A DNA stretch of 64,000 nt from Thermodesulfovibrionales bacterium (GTDB lineage Bacteria > Nitrospirota > Thermodesulfovibrionia > Thermodesulfovibrionales > JdFR-86): positions 697 through 64,696 of the forward strand of contig JAUXOF010000015.1 of NCBI GenBank assembly GCA_030682405.1, in the 5' to 3' direction. Below, piece after piece: positions 1 to 9,611 of this stretch (the stretch's first letter is position 1; each line of letters opens with the position of its first letter). The position numbers were made by a program, and so were the translations under genes. The notes beneath the pieces were generated by a model. That model was given only the letters and a program-made list of their open reading frames with translations, was not told where the DNA came from and searched no databases.

Positions 1-1
1 A

Positions 2-349
2 AAAAAAGAAGATAACCACCTTCCGGTAAAAGAGGCGCTTTCTTCCGAAGACACCTTATGCATGATGAACGAACTCAACATCGGGGAGACATACTATATC
101 CTTTCGAGGCAGAGGGGGCATGAGCAGGCGGATTATTTCCTTGAGGTGATACTGCCGAGCCTTCCCATAAAGGCAATTCCCAATGATTTCAGGCAGACCA
201 TAGAGGCATCGAGGCTCAAGGCGAAATACCCGATGTCCTTTGTGGACTGCTTTGCCGCAGCAACGGCGCTTGCCGAAAGGGCGGTGATACTCACAGGCGA
301 CCCGGAATTCAAAAATGTAGAGGGCCTGATAGCGATAAAATGGCTTTAA
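2..349 (+). CDS. PIN-domain ribonuclease toxin (VapC-like), 5' end cut by window edge
   Basis: The frame is open from nt 2 with no upstream stop. The C-terminal half has PIN hallmarks (FVDCFAAATALAERAVILTGDPEF). It is convergent with ruvB. Confidence 0.65.
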   Translation, partial: KKEDNHLPVKEALSSEDTLCMMNELNIGETYYILSRQRGHEQADYFLEVILPSLPIKAIPNDFRQTIEASRLKAKYPMSFVDCFAAATALAERAVILTGDPEFKNVEGLIAIKWL

Positions 350-361
350 AATGACCTGAAT

Positions 362-1378
362 CTAAAACAGCCCCTTCGGGGCGTCTATCTTAAGGTGCGA
401 ATATGCGTTTTTTGTGGCCACTCTCCCGCGGGGCGTCCTCTCAAGCATTCCGACCTGAAGCAGAAAAGGCTCGCACACGTCCTCTATGGTGTCTTTGTCC
501 TCGCGCAAGGATGCGGAAAGCGTCTCTATGCCCACCGGGCCTCCGCCGAACTTCTCTATCAGCGCAAGGAGGAGTTTCCTGTCCATGTCGTCAAGCCCCA
601 ATTCATCCACCTCAAGGGAGCACAGGGAGTCCTGAGCCATCCTTAAGTCTATCTTTCCGTCTCCTTTTACCTCGGCAAAGTCCCGTATCCTTCTTAAGAG
701 CCTGTTTGCTATCCTCGGCGTGCCCCTTGAGCGTGAGGCTATCTCAAAGGCTGCGTCCTCCTTTATGGAAGTGCCGAGTATCCGGGAGGAGCGGAGGACT
801 ATCTCCTTGAGCTCCTCAGGGCCGTAGAACTCAAGCCTGTTTATGACCCCGAACCTCTCCCTGAGCGGAGAGGTAAGAAGCCCTGTCCTTGTGGTCGCGC
901 CTATCAGGGTGAATTTCGGAAGACCGAGTTTCAGAATCCTTGCTCCCGGCCCCTGCCCGATTATAATGTCAAGCTCAAAGTCCTCCATTGCGGGGTAAAG
1001 CACCTCCTCGACAATGCGGGGCAGCCTGTGTATCTCGTCTATGAAGAGCACGTCGTAGTCCGCGAGGTTCGTCAGTATGGCGGCAAGGTCTCCCGTCCTC
1101 TCAAGCACAGGGCCTGATGTGGACTTTATGCTGACCTTAAGCTCTATTGCTATTATATTTGCAAGCGTGGTCTTTCCGAGCCCGGGAGGGCCGTAAAAGA
1201 GCATGTGGTCAAGGGCCTCTCCCCGATTGCGGGCCGCCTGAATGAAGACCTTTAGGTTATCCTTTATCTTTTGTTGCCCCACGAACTCATCGAAGCGCTT
1301 GGGCCGCAGGCTGTAATCGTATGGGATGTCCTCTTCTTCGGCCTGCGGGGTTATGGCCCTGTCGTCAATTTTTTTCAT
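362..1378 (-). CDS. ruvB: Holliday junction branch migration ATPase RuvB
   Basis: 338 aa. Walker [10 protein letters not shown], Walker B FIDEIHRL, and the typical RuvB N-terminus ([12 protein letters not shown]). Confidence 0.97.
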   Translation of the reverse strand: MKKIDDRAITPQAEEEDIPYDYSLRPKRFDEFVGQQKIKDNLKVFIQAARNRGEALDHMLFYGPPGLGKTTLANIIAIELKVSIKSTSGPVLERTGDLAAILTNLADYDVLFIDEIHRLPRIVEEVLYPAMEDFELDIIIGQGPGARILKLGLPKFTLIGATTRTGLLTSPLRERFGVINRLEFYGPEELKEIVLRSSRILGTSIKEDAAFEIASRSRGTPRIANRLLRRIRDFAEVKGDGKIDLRMAQDSLCSLEVDELGLDDMDRKLLLALIEKFGGGPVGIETLSASLREDKDTIEDVCEPFLLQVGMLERTPRGRVATKNAYSHLKIDAPKGLF

Positions 1379-1392
1379 GATGCTCCTATGTT

Positions 1393-1983
1393 TTATTTTT
1401 CACCGGATGCGCCCGTAAGGAGCCTTAGAGCCTCTTTAAGAAGCCCCTCTATAGTAGAGTAACCTTTTTTATGCGCCTTTTCCACCGCCTCCAGAGCATC
1501 CGGTCTCCTATACCCGAAATTAAGGAGCGCGGAAAGCGCATCCTCATAAAGCATGTCCTTTGGCCCGGCGCCCTCGGCCCTTGCCGGGAGCTTCCCCCTC
1601 AGCTCGAGCACAAGCCTCTCTGCGGTCTTTTTGCCGAGGCCCGGAAGCCTCGTAAGGGCGCTTACGTCCTCCGTCTCTACTGCCTTCATGAGGCCTGAGG
1701 GGGATATGCCGGAGAGTATGTTCAGGGCCGCCTTCGGCCCTATGCCCGTGACGCCGAGAAGGAGCATGAATATCTTTTTCCCCCCTTCATCGGTAAAGCC
1801 GTAAAGCTGGAACGCATCCTCGCGCACATGGGTGTATATGTGAAGGAAGACATCCCTGCCCTCCTCCGGCAGGTCCGAAAGCATGCTGAGGGGCACATTG
1901 ACCTGATAGCCCACGCCCCCTGCCTCGACGATAAGATTATCAGGCCGCTTTATGAGAAGCCTTCCCCTTAACGAGCCTATCAT
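1393..1983 (-). CDS. ruvA: Holliday junction DNA-binding protein RuvA
   Basis: 196 aa. Starts MIGSLRGRL, has HhH motifs ([12 protein letters not shown]), and lies between ruvC and ruvB. Confidence 0.93.
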   Translation of the reverse strand: MIGSLRGRLLIKRPDNLIVEAGGVGYQVNVPLSMLSDLPEEGRDVFLHIYTHVREDAFQLYGFTDEGGKKIFMLLLGVTGIGPKAALNILSGISPSGLMKAVETEDVSALTRLPGLGKKTAERLVLELRGKLPARAEGAGPKDMLYEDALSALLNFGYRRPDALEAVEKAHKKGYSTIEGLLKEALRLLTGASGEK

Positions 1984-2534
1984 ACGGCGCGGCCTTTTCT
2001 TTTTGAAGGAGGCCGGAGTATGTCGTCAAGCCCTTTTCTGTTTGTGCGGCAGAGGGCAATCGCAAGGGCGTCCGCGCCGTCTGAAGAAAGCGCGGTCTTG
2101 ATGTTAAGTATTCTTCTGACCATCTCCTGCACCTGCCTTTTCTCGGCCCTCCCGTAGCCTGTTACCGCCTTCTTCACCTCAAGCGCGCTGTATTCATGAA
2201 CAGGGAGACCCTCGGAGGCGGCTGCGAGCAGGGCCGCACCCCTTGCATGGCCGAGGCTCAGGGCGGACTTGGCCCCCTTGGCAAAAAATATTTTCTCCAC
2301 AACCGCCTCATAAGGCCTGTGCTGCCTGATAATCTCGCGAAGCCCCTCGTATATCTCTTTGAGCCTCACATCAAGAGGGCTTTTGGCATCAAGCACTATC
2401 CTTCCGGATGCAATGTAATCGCACCTGTCCCCGTCCGTTCCTATAATGCCGTAGCCGCAGGAAAGACTTCCGGGGTCTATGCCCAGAATCCTCGGGCAGT
2501 TGCTCAAATCCCTATCTCTTTCTTGGGGCCTCAA
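1980..2534 (-). CDS. ruvC: Crossover junction endodeoxyribonuclease RuvC
   Basis: ILGIDPGS catalytic-Asp motif and RNase H-like fold pattern. The listed TTG start overlaps the gmhA stop. A second in-frame TTG at 2507 is the more likely start. Confidence 0.9.
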   Translation of the reverse strand: MRPQERDRDLSNCPRILGIDPGSLSCGYGIIGTDGDRCDYIASGRIVLDAKSPLDVRLKEIYEGLREIIRQHRPYEAVVEKIFFAKGAKSALSLGHARGAALLAAASEGLPVHEYSALEVKKAVTGYGRAEKRQVQEMVRRILNIKTALSSDGADALAIALCRTNRKGLDDILRPPSKRKGRAV

Positions 2535-3096
2535 ACAGAATCTCCTCGACCATCTGGCAGAGGACGTGTCCGAGGGTTATGTGGGTCTCCTGCACTCTGG
2601 GGGTGGAATCCGACGGCACAACAAAAGCGTAATTGGCCTTGGCTGCGAGCTTCTCCCCTTTGGCTCCGGTAAAAACAATGCTTTTGAGTTTCTTTTTCTT
2701 TGCGGCGTCCATTGCCTTCAGGACATTAGGGGAGTTGCCGCTCGTGCTTATCGCTATGACTATGTCGCCTTCCTCGGCAAGGACCTTGACCTGCCTTGCA
2801 AAGACCTCCGAGTAGTCGTAGTCGTTTGCTATGGAGGTGATGACCGCGATATCAGTGCATATGGCTATTGCCGGAAGCCCGGGCCTGTCCCTTTTGAACC
2901 TGTTCATGAATTCGGCCGCTATGTGGGATGCGTCGGCTGCGCTTCCGCCGTTTCCGAAGAGTATGAGCTTCTTTCCGTCGTTAAAGGCATCGGCAATCAG
3001 TTTGGAGACTTCTAAAATGGCATCGGCGTTTTCCTTTGCAAACCTGTTTTTGACGCTTCCGCTTTCCTCGAATATTTTCAGGATTCTCTGCTTCAT
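2512..3096 (-). CDS. gmhA: SIS-domain phosphoheptose isomerase (GmhA-like)
   Basis: 194 aa. Motifs GNGGSAADASHIAAEF and ISTSGNSPNV align with my recollection of E. coli GmhA. Confidence 0.8.
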   Translation of the reverse strand: MKQRILKIFEESGSVKNRFAKENADAILEVSKLIADAFNDGKKLILFGNGGSAADASHIAAEFMNRFKRDRPGLPAIAICTDIAVITSIANDYDYSEVFARQVKVLAEEGDIVIAISTSGNSPNVLKAMDAAKKKKLKSIVFTGAKGEKLAAKANYAFVVPSDSTPRVQETHITLGHVLCQMVEEILFEAPRKR

Positions 3097-3098
3097 CC

Positions 3099-4985
3099 CT
3101 AAAACGGCGTGATGCCGATAACAAGTGAGTCCTCTGCCCTCTTGATGTCGTACTTCACCTTTGAAGGCAGGAGGTCAAAGAGAATATCCAGCTCTCCTTG
3201 AGAGGGGCCCTGCTTGACCTTTACCTCGCCGATGAACATGGACTTAAAGACCGGAGATTTTTTGAGCCTGTTTTCAGCAGGCTTGAGCCTGAGCCTTACC
3301 CAGTCCTTGCCGCCTGAGGATTCAAGCCCTTCTTTATACTCAAGCTCGTTGCTCATCCCTATGATGTTTATGACAAGAAGGGCCTTGTTCTGAGCCTCTA
3401 TTATGTTTATCTCCGAGACTGCAAAGACCTTTGCGGGCGCCGCTTCCTCTTTAACCGCCTTCACCGGTTCTTTCTTTGCGGTCTTTAGGGGAGCGGGCTT
3501 GGCAGTGACCTCAGGCTCCTTTGCCGCCGGCTCTTTTTTTATCTCAGGCTTGGTCTCCGGCTTGGGTTCAGGCTTCGTAACAGCCGCAGGTGCCTTTTTC
3601 GGTGCGGCCTCCTCCTTTGTCTCGGGTTTGGGTTTTTCTTTAACTTCGGTCTTCATCTCCGTCTTTTTGCCTGTCTGTGCCGCTTCCGTCTTTCCTACGA
3701 CCGAGGCGGAGATGACGAGGTTTTCGGCCATGTCGTATGAAGCCTCCAGAGAGGCGGCGCCGTCAACGAATTCCGAGGCTGGTACCGTTTCCGGGGCGAG
3801 GTTCCCCTTGCCTGAGGCCCTGAGGATTACATCGCTGCCCCTCAAATTAAAGTCCCTGATGAGGTTGTCAAACCTGTCGTATGCCTCTATCTTCAGTCTG
3901 AATTTCTGCCCTGCCACGGTATCCCCGGGCGTTGTGACCACAAACCTCTCAATGCCTGCCGGGGTCACGCTTATGCCGGAGCTTCTGCCCTCGGCTGTCT
4001 TGTTGTTTTCGGCTGCCTTGAGAACTATATCCTCGGCCTTTTCGTATACGAGGTTCAGGACGGCATGGCCGTCCTTGAACTCGGAGGCCTTTATGAACGG
4101 CGGAGAGACCGAGGACGAGCCGCTTGATGTCACATTGACCCCTCCACCGTAGGACGAATAGTCGTAGGCGACGTTATTGTATGCGTCCGTTGCGGTTATT
4201 TGGACCTCAAACGGGCTGCCAGCCTCCACGCCGGCAGGGGCACGGACTGTGAAATGGTCAAGCGGCGCGGGTACCACGGTTATGTCGGCGCTCCGGCCCG
4301 TGGCGCCCTTGGCGATATCCCTGACCTCAAACACCGCCACCCCTGTCTTTTCCGCCATGAGGGTCACGGTGCTTGCCCCGTCCTTAAAGGCCGGCGTCCG
4401 GGGGTTTTTAATCTCAGACCTGCCTACGGAATATATCTTTATGTCACTGCCGAGGCCGTTGTTTTTTACGGTATTGCCGTATGCGTCCTTTGCGACAAGC
4501 CTCGCCTCAAAATTGCTTCCGGCCTGCACCTTCTCCGGGGCATTGACTGCGAAGCGGTCAAGCTTGTTCGGGGCTACGGTTATCTCTGTGGTATAAATAG
4601 GCACGGTCCCCCCGGCCTCGTAAAGCGAAAAGACTACGGCCTCGGCCTTTTTGTCAATGACGGTTACCCCTGCAGCGCCGGAGGTAAAGAGGGATTTCTT
4701 TATCATCTGAGGCGCGGCCTCTGCCGAGCCTGTGACAGACACCCTGATATCGCTTCCCGTCCTGTCGAAATCGGTTATCAGGTTATCGTGAGCGTCGTAT
4801 ACCTGAAGCCTTACGGCAAACTCCTCGCCCGCGCGAATATCCTCGGGTATCTGCACGACGAAGTGGTCGAGCTTCCCGGGCTTGACCATTATGGCGGAGC
4901 CTGCCTCAGGCAGGAGCAATGCCGATACGGCAAAGGCTGCTATCAGGACGGCGGAGAGATATCTGGGATATAATCCGGATTTCAT
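3099..4985 (-). CDS. Secreted protein: signal peptide, four ~100-aa Ig-like repeats, Pro/Glu/Lys-rich linker, C-terminal AMIN-like domain
   Basis: N-terminal hydrophobic signal. Four repeats open with LDHF/LDRF/IERF-xVxxP...AG..F...DAYGN. The low-complexity KPEPKPETKPE linker is followed by a beta-rich tail resembling AMIN. Confidence 0.6.
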   Translation of the reverse strand: MKSGLYPRYLSAVLIAAFAVSALLLPEAGSAIMVKPGKLDHFVVQIPEDIRAGEEFAVRLQVYDAHDNLITDFDRTGSDIRVSVTGSAEAAPQMIKKSLFTSGAAGVTVIDKKAEAVVFSLYEAGGTVPIYTTEITVAPNKLDRFAVNAPEKVQAGSNFEARLVAKDAYGNTVKNNGLGSDIKIYSVGRSEIKNPRTPAFKDGASTVTLMAEKTGVAVFEVRDIAKGATGRSADITVVPAPLDHFTVRAPAGVEAGSPFEVQITATDAYNNVAYDYSSYGGGVNVTSSGSSSVSPPFIKASEFKDGHAVLNLVYEKAEDIVLKAAENNKTAEGRSSGISVTPAGIERFVVTTPGDTVAGQKFRLKIEAYDRFDNLIRDFNLRGSDVILRASGKGNLAPETVPASEFVDGAASLEASYDMAENLVISASVVGKTEAAQTGKKTEMKTEVKEKPKPETKEEAAPKKAPAAVTKPEPKPETKPEIKKEPAAKEPEVTAKPAPLKTAKKEPVKAVKEEAAPAKVFAVSEINIIEAQNKALLVINIIGMSNELEYKEGLESSGGKDWVRLRLKPAENRLKKSPVFKSMFIGEVKVKQGPSQGELDILFDLLPSKVKYDIKRAEDSLVIGITPF

Positions 4986-5070
4986 CGTTTAACCCCTGTC
5001 AGATTTTTTGTTAATATCAAATCATATTTAGTGCTTTTATGTAAAGGGGAAACTGTCCCCGCCCTGTACA

Positions 5071-6750
5071 TCAAGAGTTCAGTTTCGCCAGCCCCTCTTT
5101 TGCCCTTGCGTTTGAGGGCTGGACCTTCAGCGCCTTTTCAAAGCTTCCCCTTGCCCTGACGGGCATATCCAGATTGAGGAATATATGGCCTGCCTCGGCA
5201 AGGTAATCGGCATTGAAAGGCTCGCCTCTTAATGCCCTTGCAATGGACCTTTCAGCCTCCCTGTATCTGTCGAGCCTGCCGAGGGCAATCCCGTAGTGGA
5301 AATGGTATTCGGACATGGAACTGTCAAGGTAGGCCGCCTCGGCAAAAAGCTTTAGGGCCTCAGGAACCCTGTAGCGCTTCATTTCGCCTTTGGCTTCCTC
5401 GAACTTCTTTGCCGCCCTTTCGGCGCTGGACCCGAGCCGCTCCGGCTTAAGCGTAAGCGACATGTCGTATTCTTTTCTGCGGCCGGTATTTGTAAGGGTG
5501 GAATAGGCTGTGGTGATATAGGAGAAAAGTTTGTTCAGCTTATGCTTCATATCCGCAGGCAGGCGGTAATGCCTGTCCGGGTGGAATTCCTTGGCCATCC
5601 TGTAATACGCCCTTTTTATCTCGGCGTTGGGCGAAGAGGCCTTCACTCCCAAGACGCCGTAGTAGCCGAGGGTTTCGTGTTCCTCGTACAGGCGTTCTAT
5701 CCGCTCCGTTAGTTCGGATGCGTCCTCTTTCTGCTCCTCCAAGACCTCCTCGGAAGATATTTCAGCCTCTTCTTCCGGCTCTCTGACATCTATTATCCTC
5801 GTGGATATGAGGGCGTATACCGACCTCATGGCCTCTTTTTCCTCCCTGCGAGCCATGGAGAGGATATCCTTTACAGTCGTCTTGCCGTCAACGTATGAAA
5901 GTATGCGCCTGTCCGCATCGTCGAGCTTTACGTCCTGAAACAGGTCAAGGGGGTTGGACGAAAAGGCGAGCACGGAATCAGGCGGAGGACACCAATCCGC
6001 TATCCGGTCGCTATTTTCAATAGCCTTTATCCCTCGGTATATGAGGTTTGCCATTGAAAGCTTCAGGGTTATGACCTCATCTTTGGGAAGCGTGGTTTCC
6101 CTGAACTCAAACCTCCCCTCGGTTAAACTGAAAAGTCTCTCGATTATCTTCTCTATCTGGTGCTTGACCGCCCATGGAAGCTCCGTGGGCTTCAGATACC
6201 CCAACTGCACCAAGGCAGCGCCCTCTCTCTGACCGGTCATCTTCATCAGTTCACAGGCCCTGCCGTGCTGCTCGCCTGTAATCCTGCCTTCTTTGAAGAG
6301 GATATTGCCCATCCGGTCGGAATCGAGATTTGAGGACGCAAACACAACATCCCCGCCGTCCAAGTAGAGTATCTTCCATTCGGTGACGTTTGTGATGTCC
6401 AAAACGCCCGTCCTGCCGCCCCTCTGAAGCCCTATGAGGACATCCGAGAGCCTGAAGTCCTTGAGCAAGCCCTCATAAGGGCTCAGCCTCGAAATCCCCA
6501 GCCTCGTCATGCCGTTTGATTTCTCGCTCCTTGTGACCCTGCCCTGAAACTTAAGCGAGCTCTGAGGTATCTCTACATAAAGGATATCTCCCACCTTGAC
6601 GGGCGGCGAGTCCTCGACGCTGACGCCCACCCCGCCTACGGAATAATCCACAGTCTCTGCCTTGAAGGATTTGCCTCCGACCTTGAGGTCAAAGTCCAGT
6701 TTCTTTCTGCGCCTGAGGAAGTGCCTCTTATCCTTTGCGTTTTCTGCCAT
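5071..6750 (-). CDS. Multidomain PilZ / DUF4388 (PatA-N-like) / DnaJ J-domain / TPR protein
   Basis: PilZ motifs RHFLR (RxxxR) and DYSVGG (DxSxxG) near the N-terminus. J domain YYGVLGV...EFHPDR. TPR-like C-terminus. Confidence 0.7.
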   Translation of the reverse strand: MAENAKDKRHFLRRRKKLDFDLKVGGKSFKAETVDYSVGGVGVSVEDSPPVKVGDILYVEIPQSSLKFQGRVTRSEKSNGMTRLGISRLSPYEGLLKDFRLSDVLIGLQRGGRTGVLDITNVTEWKILYLDGGDVVFASSNLDSDRMGNILFKEGRITGEQHGRACELMKMTGQREGAALVQLGYLKPTELPWAVKHQIEKIIERLFSLTEGRFEFRETTLPKDEVITLKLSMANLIYRGIKAIENSDRIADWCPPPDSVLAFSSNPLDLFQDVKLDDADRRILSYVDGKTTVKDILSMARREEKEAMRSVYALISTRIIDVREPEEEAEISSEEVLEEQKEDASELTERIERLYEEHETLGYYGVLGVKASSPNAEIKRAYYRMAKEFHPDRHYRLPADMKHKLNKLFSYITTAYSTLTNTGRRKEYDMSLTLKPERLGSSAERAAKKFEEAKGEMKRYRVPEALKLFAEAAYLDSSMSEYHFHYGIALGRLDRYREAERSIARALRGEPFNADYLAEAGHIFLNLDMPVRARGSFEKALKVQPSNARAKEGLAKLNS

Positions 6751-6843
6751 CTATTTGATTTTATAAATATAACATATCCCGTGTCAAACAAAAAACTGAG
6801 CGAGAATCCGCCCTAAAACATAAGCCGTCTGATAAAATATCCT

Positions 6844-7539
6844 ATGGTCGTCACAATTATAATCCCCGTTTATAACGAAAGGGCTCTTATCGCGAGACTC
6901 CTTTCCGACGTGATAGCCTCCGACACCTCGCCATTTTTAAAGGAGCTAATAGTGGTGGACGACGGCTCATCTGACGGCACGGGAGAGATATTAAGAGAGT
7001 TCTCCGGCCGCACCGGCATAAATGTGATAACCCACCCCAAAAACATGGGTAAGGCCTCTGCCATAAAGTCCGCGCTTAAGGCCGCTGCAGGCGACATAGT
7101 CCTGATACAGGACGCTGACCTCGAATACTCCCCCTCGGACTTTAAAAAGCTCCTTGCACCGTTTGCGGACAAAGACACGGTGGTTGTTTACGGAAGCCGC
7201 TTTCTTTCGGCCCGCGTTCCTGAGGGGATGAAGGCCCTAAACCTGCTCGCAAACAAGCTCTTTACCTTCCTCGTGAATTTCCTTTATAAGGCAGGCATAA
7301 CAGATGAGGGCACCGCATACAAGCTCTTCAGGATGGATGCTATCAAAGGGATGGACATAAAGTGCTCTGGCTTTGAGTTCTGCCCCGAGGTCACCGCAAA
7401 GCTCCTTAAAAAAGGGGTAAGGATTATCGAGGTCCCCGTCTCTTACAGGGCAAGGGGAAGAAAAGAGGGGAAAAAGCCGGGGTTCGTTGACGGGCTAAAG
7501 GTGCTCTGGACGATTTTAAAATACAGGTTCGTTAAATAG
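6844..7539 (+). CDS. Family 2 glycosyltransferase (polyprenol-phosphate sugar synthase-like)
   Basis: 231 aa. Motifs IIIPVYNE, VVDDGSSDGT and QDADLEY are typical of the GT2 Dpm1/GtrB type. Confidence 0.85.
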   Translation: MVVTIIIPVYNERALIARLLSDVIASDTSPFLKELIVVDDGSSDGTGEILREFSGRTGINVITHPKNMGKASAIKSALKAAAGDIVLIQDADLEYSPSDFKKLLAPFADKDTVVVYGSRFLSARVPEGMKALNLLANKLFTFLVNFLYKAGITDEGTAYKLFRMDAIKGMDIKCSGFEFCPEVTAKLLKKGVRIIEVPVSYRARGRKEGKKPGFVDGLKVLWTILKYRFVK

Positions 7540-7565
7540 CCGAAGCAGGGGAAATGCTGCCGCCC

Positions 7566-8813
7566 TCAAGGATGTGGAGGCTTGAACCTTTCGACTATGC
7601 CGTCTAAGTAGGCATAAGACTTGGCCTTCCCCATAGACATCGGATATAAAGCCAATGAGCTGAGAAGCGCAAGAACGATATAGCCTGCCAATGCCTTTCT
7701 GCCCCATCTCGCCGCCTCAAGGGCAACCGCCATTAGGGCAAAAGGCAATACCGCAAGCGATGAAAGAAGCCATATCGGGCGGGGCGAGGCCGCAAGCGGA
7801 AGGTAGGAGACTAAAAAAAGCATAAGCAAAAATGCGATGCCCTCTTTCCCCTCTCTACTTTTCTCCCTCAGCCTCCATGTCAGGGCAGCTACAGAGGGCA
7901 GCACCAGAAGCCAAACAACGGGGCTTGAGAAAGCCACAGTCACGTGAGGGGCGCCCCCGGAATAGGTGAAATTGGCATATCCCATAGGTCTCAAAAACCA
8001 CTGCCATGCCCTTATGTCTATCACCTGATCCATCGGGTTGCCCCTGTGAGTCATCATCTTTGTTAAAAGGGTCTTCTGCATGCCTATCCACTCGATGAGG
8101 CCGTATCCCCTCCCAAACCAAGGCAGAAAAGTAAGGATATAAACAGCGGCAGGGATAAAGACAAGGCAGGAAAGCACAAAGACGCATCTTGAGGCCGAGC
8201 GGGCCTTAAATGAAAGGTAGAGACCTGCGCCGAGCGAGACTAAAAGGGGGAAAAAGGCATGGAACTTTGACGAGATGCCGAGACCAAACGCAATGCCTGA
8301 GAATATCAAAAGAAGCGGGGTGTCTTTCTTGTAATATAAGACCGCAAGCAAGACCCCGAGCAGAAAGAAAAACGTCGTCCATGTCTCCTGAATCGCCTGT
8401 CTTGAGAAAGTTATGTGCACCTGCTCTATGGAAAGAAAAAACGAGGCAAGCACGGATGCGGCCCTGTTTCCGGTAAGTGCGTAAAGAATGAGCCCTACGA
8501 CAGGAATGCTAAGGATTCCGGCAAGCAGGCTAAAGCCCCTCATGGCGTAAGGGCCATACCCGAAGGCCTCGCCCAAAGCGTAGAGGACTATGTTTCTCAG
8601 GTTCGGGTGATACCACATGGTGGGGCCGAACTGCCCGTTTTCCATGTACTGCACCGCGGAGAATGCCGCGCTCACCTCATCGTGAAGAGGCGGTTGAGAC
8701 GATATGCCGTAAAGCCTGAGTAAAACGCCCAGAAGCGTTACCCCTAAAAGGGGCAAGGCCAGCGCTTTTATGTCGGCCTTCCGCGCATCTAACTCCTTCA
8801 CATCCAACCACAT
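7566..8813 (-). CDS. GT-C fold membrane glycosyltransferase (PMT_2 / ArnT-like)
   Basis: 415 aa, polytopic. A DE pair in the first loop (PPLHDEVSAA) resembles that of PMT/ArnT-type enzymes. Confidence 0.7.
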   Translation of the reverse strand: MWLDVKELDARKADIKALALPLLGVTLLGVLLRLYGISSQPPLHDEVSAAFSAVQYMENGQFGPTMWYHPNLRNIVLYALGEAFGYGPYAMRGFSLLAGILSIPVVGLILYALTGNRAASVLASFFLSIEQVHITFSRQAIQETWTTFFFLLGVLLAVLYYKKDTPLLLIFSGIAFGLGISSKFHAFFPLLVSLGAGLYLSFKARSASRCVFVLSCLVFIPAAVYILTFLPWFGRGYGLIEWIGMQKTLLTKMMTHRGNPMDQVIDIRAWQWFLRPMGYANFTYSGGAPHVTVAFSSPVVWLLVLPSVAALTWRLREKSREGKEGIAFLLMLFLVSYLPLAASPRPIWLLSSLAVLPFALMAVALEAARWGRKALAGYIVLALLSSLALYPMSMGKAKSYAYLDGIVERFKPPHP

Positions 8814-8816
8814 CCC

Positions 8817-9611
8817 CTAAGTTCCTCCCCTCAAAAGCATCTCAAAAGACCTCAGCCTCTCTCTATCGGCATCACCCACCTCCGGGTCGTCAAACGAACG
8901 GCATAGCACGACATAGTCGGCGGTCAGGGCGGTATTGACCAGCCCCCTAAAGACCTCCTCAGGCTCGTGCCCTCTGAAAAAAGATGCGTTTATAAAAAGC
9001 AGCACCGGCTCGCCGGGCGACTTGAAATACGGCATGGCGGTAATCGTGCGCGGTGAGCCGAAAAACGGGACTTCAATCCTGCCCTTTAAAACCCTCACGC
9101 CCTCTTCAGCGCCGGTATAATCCTGCTTTTCCCTGAACACGGCCTCAGGCAGTATGCTTATGACCTCCCTCGCAACGCCTGTCTTCATCGCGGCAAAAAG
9201 AAAGTTCTTGGCATTAAGGCCTTTCTCCGCCTCTGCGGGCAGGTTATGCACTGTGACGGGGAATGAGGAGACCTCCTGAGGTATTAAAGCGTTGTTTTCC
9301 GTATGAACGAAATTCAGCCTGCTGCTTAAGGAGACCACCACACGGCCCTTATACCCGGTATTTTTCCATAAAAGATACGCCTCCTCCGGATAGTCAACAG
9401 AAGCGATAACCATCTGGTGAGAGTCAAGCGGATGGCCGATGCCCGAGGCCCTTGAATTCCTTCCGTATGCCTCAAGGGAGATAAGAGTTAAGGAAAAAAA
9501 CAAAAGAACCCCTGCGGAAAAAATAGCCTTTGTAAGGACGCCTCTTTCCGGAAGCCGGCTTAATAAAAACTCCGTCTTGGAGCTTCTTACATTCCTCATA
9601 ACCTCAAACAT
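8817..9611 (-). CDS. Hypothetical membrane-anchored protein
   Basis: 264 aa with one N-terminal TM segment. Its stop lies 4 nt upstream of the GT-C gene start. No motif recognised. Confidence 0.5.
   Translation of the reverse strand: MFEVMRNVRSSKTEFLLSRLPERGVLTKAIFSAGVLLFFSLTLISLEAYGRNSRASGIGHPLDSHQMVIASVDYPEEAYLLWKNTGYKGRVVVSLSSRLNFVHTENNALIPQEVSSFPVTVHNLPAEAEKGLNAKNFLFAAMKTGVAREVISILPEAVFREKQDYTGAEEGVRVLKGRIEVPFFGSPRTITAMPYFKSPGEPVLLFINASFFRGHEPEEVFRGLVNTALTADYVVLCRSFDDPEVGDADRERLRSFEMLLRGGT

Noticed and set aside
2507-2534. A 23-nt overlap of ruvC with gmhA, as possible unusual translational coupling
   Set aside because: A second in-frame TTG at 2507 gives a RuvC N-terminus much closer to the usual M-x-ILGIDPG and removes the overlap. 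This is probably just an over-extended ORF call.
3403-4152. A 249-aa plus-strand ORF, and 4200-4973 (257 aa), both inside the Ig-repeat gene
   Set aside because: They are antisense shadows of a confidently repeat-structured minus-strand gene. Their translations are low-complexity (SGLVSGLGSGF...) with no motifs and no RBS.
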